From Chloroflexota bacterium (GTDB lineage: Bacteria > Chloroflexota > UBA6077 > SHYK01): DNA of 64,000 nucleotides. Shown one piece after another: positions 58,433 to 64,000 of the stretch. Position 1 is the first letter of the stretch. Each line of letters starts with the position of its first letter. The stretch covers positions 438,359-502,358 of the forward strand of contig SHYK01000001.1 of NCBI GenBank assembly GCA_009692845.1, read 5' to 3'. The notes beneath the pieces are model-generated. The model worked only from the letters and a program-made list of their open reading frames with translations. It made no database searches and was not told where the DNA came from. The position numbers and the translations under genes were made by a program.

Positions 58433-59448
58433 TTCGCGAGCCTGATTTGGTGGTTCAGGCAGAGAGCCGATTGGCTGGGATCGAAAGCCTCCGCCATGCT
58501 CCGGACGTTCCCCCAATGGATCTCGACAGCAGTCGACACGGGTGGCCGGGGCGGGTCGTCAAACGGTTGGTTGCCCGACTGTTGAGCTACCACAGCTTTT
58601 ATCAGCAGCGGGTGAACCTCGCCTTCGCCGCCTTTCAGCGGGAGCTTGAGCTGAGAAGTGATCGACAGGCTCTCGAGATTGCCACTGCTTTGGCTCAAAT
58701 CGATACGCTGTCAGCTGCGGGAGAAGGGCTCAGGCAACGGCTCGAGGAACTGTCGGCCCTGATCGCGGCGCGACCCTACATGGCGTATGACGCCTTCGGA
58801 ACGATCGGGGACCCATCCGACGTGATGGGCTATGGCCCAGAGGCAGGAAGAGCCCTCGAAGGGCAAGCTCGATTTGAAGAGCTGTTTCGGGGATCGGCCG
58901 AGTTTATCGCCGAACGGCAACGGATCTACGTCCCGTTCTTTACGAAATGCAGCAATGTGTTGGACGTAGGGGCCGGCCGAGGAGAATTTCTGCAGCTGTT
59001 GGAGCAGGCGGGTATTCCGGCCGTTGGGGTGGATCTGGACCCGGTCCTTTGCGAGCGGTGCCGGGAGCAAGGCCTGAATGTCCTGTGCGTTGATGCATTC
59101 GACTATCTCGCTAGCTCCGCAGATGAATCATTTGATGGAGTGTTCTGCGCGCAAGTCATCGAGCATTTCGAGAGCTCACGGCTGATCGAATTTCTCGGCC
59201 TGGTGCGCCAGAAGCTACGGCCCGGTGGTGTGCTGGTAGCCGAGACGGTGAATCCTGAGTCTTACGCTGCACTCAAGACTTTCCACGTCGACCTGACCCA
59301 TCAGCGCCCCATCTTTCCAGAGGTGCTCCTTTATCTATGCCATGAAGCTGGCTACCCAAGCGCGCGGGTCTTTTATCCTCAGGGAGGCGGGTTCGACCAG
59401 CGAAACTATGCGGGGTGTGGCGAGTATGCCGTCGTCGCCACCCGATGA
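58429..59448 (+). CDS. class I SAM-dependent methyltransferase with N-terminal coiled-coil-like region
   Basis: 339 aa. VLDVGAGRGEF is motif I, followed by FDGVFCAQVIEHF and GGVLVAET. The N-terminal ~150 aa are helical and heptad-like. The ATG overlaps the wzt stop (ATGA). Confidence 0.8.
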   Translation: MIREPDLVVQAESRLAGIESLRHAPDVPPMDLDSSRHGWPGRVVKRLVARLLSYHSFYQQRVNLAFAAFQRELELRSDRQALEIATALAQIDTLSAAGEGLRQRLEELSALIAARPYMAYDAFGTIGDPSDVMGYGPEAGRALEGQARFEELFRGSAEFIAERQRIYVPFFTKCSNVLDVGAGRGEFLQLLEQAGIPAVGVDLDPVLCERCREQGLNVLCVDAFDYLASSADESFDGVFCAQVIEHFESSRLIEFLGLVRQKLRPGGVLVAETVNPESYAALKTFHVDLTHQRPIFPEVLLYLCHEAGYPSARVFYPQGGGFDQRNYAGCGEYAVVATR

Positions 59449-59523
59449 TCCCTCGTGGCGGTTGGCAATTCGCGGCGGGCGTGTGACGCGGGTCATTGAT
59501 TCTCCTCCAGGGGTAACCGAGCT

Positions 59524-62142
59524 TTGAGTGCTTCGAGCCTGGGCTCATCCGGGGCCTGTACCATCATCGCCAAGAATTACCTGGCTTATGCCCGAGTTCT
59601 CGCGGAGTCCTTCACCCGACACAATCCAGGGATTCCGTTTTTTGTTCTGTTGGCTGACAAGAATGACGGGCGAATAAGCGCCGCGGAAGAGCCGTTCGAG
59701 CTAGTGGAAATCGAGCAGCTCGGCATTCAGGGCCTGCCGGGCATGTGCTTTCGCTACAACGTCCAAGAGTTCAGCACGGCCGTGAAACCCTTCCTGCTCG
59801 AGTATCTCCTCCGGCATCGTGGGCTGGCGAACGTGCTCTATCTCGATCCAGACATCCTGGTGTTGGACAGCCTCTCGGAGCTGTATGGAACGCTCGACGC
59901 CTCATCGGTAGTGCTGACGCCGCACATCACCACTCCGATGGCGGACGACTTCAAGCCTCGGGAAATCGACCTGCTCCAGGCCGGTGTGTACAACCTTGGC
60001 TTCATCGGAGTCCATTCGGATCCCGAAACCTACAGCTTCCTGGGCTGGTGGCAAGAGAAGCTTCGGGCCCATGGGCACGTTTCCCCCGAGAGCGGCATGT
60101 TTTTCGATCAAAAGTGGATCGATTTTGCCCCGGCGTTTCTCGAACACGCCAGGATCTTGAGGGACCCGGGTTACAACGTCGCCTACTGGAATCTTGCTTC
60201 TCGCAAAGTGACCCACGAAGGTGATTCGGTTCGGGTCAACGGTGAACCCGGATATTTCTTCCACTTCAGTGGATTTGACCCGACCAAACCCAAAGCCATT
60301 TCCAAGCACCAGGATCGATTGAGCATGTCGACAGTGGGAGATGCTCGCGGATTGTTCGAAGCCTATGCAAAGCGACTGCTAAACGCGGGGTATGAAGAAG
60401 CCACCGGGTGGCCCTATCATTTCAACCGCTTCGACAATGGAATACGTATTCCAGCCGAGGCGCGCGCCATTTATGCTGGGCTCGGCCAAGCAGCCGCGCA
60501 ATTCGGCGATCCGTTCAAGAGCGATGAGACCAACAGCTTTTTTATCTGGCTGAGCAGCCCCGCCCCCGCCGAACGGGGCGGTGGCCCGATCACCAGGTTG
60601 TGGTTCGACGTGTACCGTCACCGAGTGGATCTCCAGGCGGCCTTCCCGGACCTCTTTGGAAGGGACCGCGATGCCTTCGTCCACTGGGTGCGAAACGGCA
60701 GCCGTCGAGAATACGACATCGACGGTGCCTTCATTCCTCGCGCTACGCCGGGAAACCCTCCGAGCAAATCGTCCGGTGGCTCAGCGCCGGTCGTCTCAGA
60801 CGATCCCGCTCCGGCCAGAGCGGCCGACCCCGGCAATGGGACCGAGACCTTAGGCATTAACGTCGCCGGGTACTTCACGTCCGAGAAGGGGGTCGGTGAA
60901 GCGGCAAGATCGGCCCTACGGGCAATTTCGGCGGCAGGAATTCCCCATGTACTGAACAATTTCATGGACTACGGTGGCGAGAACTTAGTTGCTGGGCAGA
61001 GGAAGTTCCAAACCGACAACCCCTATGGAACCAACTTGATCAATGTCAACGCCGATCAGGTTCCTGAATTCGTCCGGATTTGGGGCTCGGCCTATTTCAA
61101 AGACCGATACAACATCGGGGTTTGGAACTGGGAATTGGCTGCTTTTCCCGAAGAATGGCTGCCGTTTTTCGACCCGTTTGACGAAATCTGGGTCGCTTCC
61201 AGCTTCGAGCAGGACGCGGTCTCGCGGGTATCCCCGGTTCCGGTGGTGCGAATTCCCTATCCAATGGTGTTCGAGCCGCACCCCCAACCCGCCCAGGTCC
61301 GGGAGCGATTGGGTATCCCCAACACCAGCGTGGTTTTTCTGTTCGTGTTTGACTTCATGAGCTACTTCGAGCGAAAGAATCCCCTGGCGGTCATCGAAGC
61401 GTTCCGACGCAGCTTCAAGCCGGACGATGATGCGGCCCTGGTCATCAAATGCGCCCATTCTGATTTCTTTTCCTCCGGCCTGGCCTCTATCAAAGAGGCG
61501 GGGCAGGGGGCCAGAGTTCTCATCGTCGATGAGTTGCTCGATCGCGGAGAACTCAACGGACTGCTGCAGACTTCAGATTGTTATGTGTCGCTACATCGGT
61601 CGGAGGGTTTCGGGCTGACCCTGGCCGAGGCCATGGCAGCGGGGAAACCGGTCATCGCGACTGGATACTCGGGGAATCTCGATTTCATGAGTCCGGCGAA
61701 TAGCTTTTTGGTGGACTACAAGCTAGTAGAGATTGAAGAGGATAGTGGACCGTACAAACGCGGCGCGGTTTGGGCCGCGCCGGACGTCGGACGCGCTGCC
61801 GAGTACATGCGCTTTGTTTATGAACACCCCGACCAAGCCCAGGAACTCGGTCAACGGGCACAAGTGGACATCCGCGATCTGCTGGATCCCATGTCGATAG
61901 GTGGCCTCATCCGAGCGCGGCTCGAGCGGATTACCACCTTGGAGCGGAATCCGACCAAGCGAATGCGAGAAACGCTCGGAAGAGCAACGTCGCCTGGAAT
62001 GTTTCCGCCTCCAACTCCCCTATGGCGGCTCCCCCTCAAGGCCGTCGGCTTTCTCGGGGCCGGCGGCCCGGCTCGGCTTTCCGAGGAGGTGCGCTCATAT
62101 CTCCGTTGGAGAAGTGCCCGGCCGACGGGACGAAAACGCTAG
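59524..62142 (+). CDS. two-domain glycosyltransferase (N-terminal GT-A/DxD domain + C-terminal GT4/GT-B domain)
   Basis: 872 aa. The N-terminus has CTIIAKNYLAYARVLAESF...LYLDPDILVLDS (DxD). The C-terminus has SLHRSEGFGLTLAEAMAAGKPVIATGYSGNLDF, a Glycos_transf_1-type motif. Confidence 0.85.
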   Translation: MSASSLGSSGACTIIAKNYLAYARVLAESFTRHNPGIPFFVLLADKNDGRISAAEEPFELVEIEQLGIQGLPGMCFRYNVQEFSTAVKPFLLEYLLRHRGLANVLYLDPDILVLDSLSELYGTLDASSVVLTPHITTPMADDFKPREIDLLQAGVYNLGFIGVHSDPETYSFLGWWQEKLRAHGHVSPESGMFFDQKWIDFAPAFLEHARILRDPGYNVAYWNLASRKVTHEGDSVRVNGEPGYFFHFSGFDPTKPKAISKHQDRLSMSTVGDARGLFEAYAKRLLNAGYEEATGWPYHFNRFDNGIRIPAEARAIYAGLGQAAAQFGDPFKSDETNSFFIWLSSPAPAERGGGPITRLWFDVYRHRVDLQAAFPDLFGRDRDAFVHWVRNGSRREYDIDGAFIPRATPGNPPSKSSGGSAPVVSDDPAPARAADPGNGTETLGINVAGYFTSEKGVGEAARSALRAISAAGIPHVLNNFMDYGGENLVAGQRKFQTDNPYGTNLINVNADQVPEFVRIWGSAYFKDRYNIGVWNWELAAFPEEWLPFFDPFDEIWVASSFEQDAVSRVSPVPVVRIPYPMVFEPHPQPAQVRERLGIPNTSVVFLFVFDFMSYFERKNPLAVIEAFRRSFKPDDDAALVIKCAHSDFFSSGLASIKEAGQGARVLIVDELLDRGELNGLLQTSDCYVSLHRSEGFGLTLAEAMAAGKPVIATGYSGNLDFMSPANSFLVDYKLVEIEEDSGPYKRGAVWAAPDVGRAAEYMRFVYEHPDQAQELGQRAQVDIRDLLDPMSIGGLIRARLERITTLERNPTKRMRETLGRATSPGMFPPPTPLWRLPLKAVGFLGAGGPARLSEEVRSYLRWRSARPTGRKR

Positions 62143-62323
62143 ATCGCCGAGCCAGTCCTCTGCTCACAAAAGGCTCACGGAAAGCCGTCCGCCTGCATCC
62201 CCAGCGCTTAAGAGGCGCCGATGCTACTAGAATTCTCATGATGGACTCTCTTCTTGGCTACCTAGCCTCTGTCTCGCTGGTGCCAAGTGCCAGGAATCTC
62301 GGTCTGGAGCACGTGACCCCAGC

Positions 62324-64000
62324 ATGCTAAATGCCCCGCTCAGGGGCCGAGTCGCGCTTCTCCTCAGCGTCGCTTCGCTCCTGTTGCTTCCCCCGTCCCA
62401 TCTTCATGCCGAAAACGAGCCGGCTACGGCCGACTTCTGGTTGGCCAGCCGGGAGTTCGTCAGTGAGGACTCCGCGATCGTGCTGCTGGACGACGCGGGT
62501 TTCCTCATGTTGTCCCCCGACGCGCCGTCATCCCTCAGCTATTTTCCCCATTCGCAATTTGCCATGGTTGAGTCCATCCCGTATCAGCTACCCTGGCCGG
62601 CGGCTCTCGGCGGGCTCACCCTCGACGCCGAGCTGCCGGACGGAACCGACGTCCAGATTGAGTCAAGAGGCGTCCGCGGGGGCCTTTGGACCCTGTGGGA
62701 ACCTCTGGATAGTCTGAACGAGCTCGACGGCGTGGTGATGTTGCAGACACGGCTGACCTTGCTGTCTTCCTCCGACGGGCTGTCGCCTCGGATCCGAGGC
62801 GTCTACGGGAGCGCTCGCGCGGCCGTGGCCGGCGTTACTGCGTCGAGCACCGAGGCCCAATTCGGACCGCCTACCGTGACAGTCTGGGCGACCCGGGAAG
62901 GTCTGGTTGGTCAGACGACCGCCAACGGTCACGTAATTACAGAGCACGATCGTTTTGTCGCCTTGCCGTCGCGTCGAGCATTGAATGGACTCGACCGAAG
63001 GGACTACGTCGTCCGACTCGAGTACCACGGTCGCACAGCAGAGGCCCCGGTCTGGGACATTGGTCCCTGGAATATCCGAGATGACTACTGGAATGATAAG
63101 CGGGAGAGTTTCCCGGATTTGCCTCGTTGGACCCCCGAATCAGAGGCCGCGTTTTTCCGCGAATACAACAATGGTCGCGATTCATTTGGTCGTTACGTGA
63201 CGATCCCCACCTCCATCGACCTCGCCGATGGAACCTTCTGGGACGACCTGCAGATGGGTGCAAATGACTGGATTAAGGTGACCTTTCTCTGGGTGGACGC
63301 TCCTTCACCTCCCGCCCGAATGACGCCCCTGGTGGTGCCAAAGACGCCTCCCCGAACCGAGCCAGTGGCTCCGGTAGTGGCGGCTCCCCCGCCGCCCGCC
63401 GCGAGTAGCGGGGCGATCCTGTCCGCTAGCCCCAATCCAGTGCCCGCCGGCAGTACCAGCGGAACTACGACGGTTAACTGGGATACTGGCGACGGCTCGA
63501 TGGGGCAGGTCTATGTCTGGCAGAAAGGTGGCGGCGAAGTGCCTTTCGGCCAGGGAGGCAAGGGCGCTCTCCCCGCGCCCTGGATTCATACGGGCTGGAC
63601 CTATGAGTTTCGTTTGTATCAAGGAACCGCCAAGCTGAACCGGCTTCGGACGCTGACCGTTACCGGAAGCAGTGCGACGACGCTTGTAGTGCCTACGGTG
63701 GCTCCAGTGGTGTTGCCGGCTCCCGTCGTCAGCGACGCGATCAATGCGGTGCCTTCAGCGGTGCAACAGGCCGAGGCCTCGGCGATCAGCGGCCTGGCTG
63801 ATGCCCCGTGGATCGCCGCTGCCCCGGATGGGAATGGGGGGACGACAGTGAGCTGGAGTACCGCGAACAACGGTCAAGGCCAGGTTTACGTCTGGCAGCC
63901 GGGCGGGAGCGAAGTCCCGTTCGCTCAAGCGGCAAGTGGGTTTACGAGTGTTGGGTGGCTGCAAAAGGGCTGGCAATACGAATTTCGGTTGTACCAGGGA
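62324..64000 (+). CDS. secreted RlpA-like double-psi beta-barrel protein with tandem C-terminal repeats (partial, runs off the window)
   Basis: My own translation: from ATG 62324 the frame is open for all 559 codons to 64000. It is not in the ORF track because it has no stop. The signal peptide is MLNAPLRGRVALLLSVASLLLLPPSHLHA. The DPBB-like segment is VTVWATREGLVGQTTANGHVITEHDRFVALPSRRAL...VVRLEYHGRTAEAPVWDIGPW. A Pro-rich linker follows, then two repeats ending YEFRLYQG. Confidence 0.8.
   Translation, partial: MLNAPLRGRVALLLSVASLLLLPPSHLHAENEPATADFWLASREFVSEDSAIVLLDDAGFLMLSPDAPSSLSYFPHSQFAMVESIPYQLPWPAALGGLTLDAELPDGTDVQIESRGVRGGLWTLWEPLDSLNELDGVVMLQTRLTLLSSSDGLSPRIRGVYGSARAAVAGVTASSTEAQFGPPTVTVWATREGLVGQTTANGHVITEHDRFVALPSRRALNGLDRRDYVVRLEYHGRTAEAPVWDIGPWNIRDDYWNDKRESFPDLPRWTPESEAAFFREYNNGRDSFGRYVTIPTSIDLADGTFWDDLQMGANDWIKVTFLWVDAPSPPARMTPLVVPKTPPRTEPVAPVVAAPPPPAASSGAILSASPNPVPAGSTSGTTTVNWDTGDGSMGQVYVWQKGGGEVPFGQGGKGALPAPWIHTGWTYEFRLYQGTAKLNRLRTLTVTGSSATTLVVPTVAPVVLPAPVVSDAINAVPSAVQQAEASAISGLADAPWIAAAPDGNGGTTVSWSTANNGQGQVYVWQPGGSEVPFAQAASGFTSVGWLQKGWQYEFRLYQG
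63413..63625 (+). repeat. protein repeat 1 (about 70 aa) of the secreted protein
   Basis: ILSASPNPVPAGSTSGTTTVNWDTGDGSMGQVYVWQKGGGEVPFGQGGKGALPAPWIHTGWTYEFRLYQGT. Confidence 0.7.
63808..64000 (+). repeat. protein repeat 2 of the secreted protein
   Basis: WIAAAPDGNGGTTVSWSTANNGQGQVYVWQPGGSEVPFAQAASGFTSVGWLQKGWQYEFRLYQG shares the T(T)V.W.T..G.GQVYVWQ.GG.EVPF....G....W...GW.YEFRLYQG pattern with repeat 1. Confidence 0.7.

Noticed and set aside
62331-62717. The listed 128-aa ORF at the start of the last gene region.
   Set aside because: Its product is an implausible Arg/Ser/Cys/Pro-rich sequence. The overlapping frame starting at 62324 stays open to the window end and encodes a signal peptide plus recognisable domains.

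Overview
High-GC bacterial chromosomal segment, roughly 60-65% GC by eye. The gene content (R3H/Ycf45-like ATPase, DUF3105, VanW, GerMN, a T-box on thrS, promoter-proximal start codons) suggests a monoderm-type high-GC lineage such as Chloroflexota, but that is inference only. I can support about 57 protein-coding genes, two tRNAs that both encode CCA (Val-GAC, Ser-GGA), a TPP riboswitch with terminator ahead of thiC, and a Thr T-box leader with terminator ahead of thrS-infC. There is also one decayed MATE-transporter paralog and a few promoters and hairpins. Most of the window is housekeeping: cca, thiC, thrS, infC, panE, folB, pdxST, tmk, pyrG, pyrF, secDF, lipB, lpd, moaC/moaB, an OmpR/HK pair and an NfeD-SPFH pair. 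I saw no CRISPR array, rRNA, transposase, integrase or obvious defence or toxin-antitoxin genes. The most unusual part is the right-hand 12 kb (51.7-64 kb), a cell-envelope glycan locus. It holds a polyprenyl-phosphate sugar synthase (GT2) translationally coupled to a 1337-aa ORF that fuses a complete YfhO-like GT-C glycosyltransferase to a complete MOP/Wzx-type flippase. Divergent from that pair are a Wzm/Wzt ABC exporter, a coiled-coil methyltransferase and an 872-aa two-domain glycosyltransferase. The locus ends in an edge-truncated secreted RlpA-like protein with unrecognised tandem repeats; this ORF is absent from the supplied ORF track because it has no stop inside the window. A second recurring signal is that three genes (lactonase, Wzm, GerMN lipoprotein) have conserved in-frame N-termini with no ATG/GTG/TTG, each preceded by a Shine-Dalgarno-like motif and an AUA or AUC codon. 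infC likewise appears to start at AUA, and its product carries a 112-aa Ala/Pro-rich C-terminal tail. All family calls come from reading motifs by eye. No database search was run.
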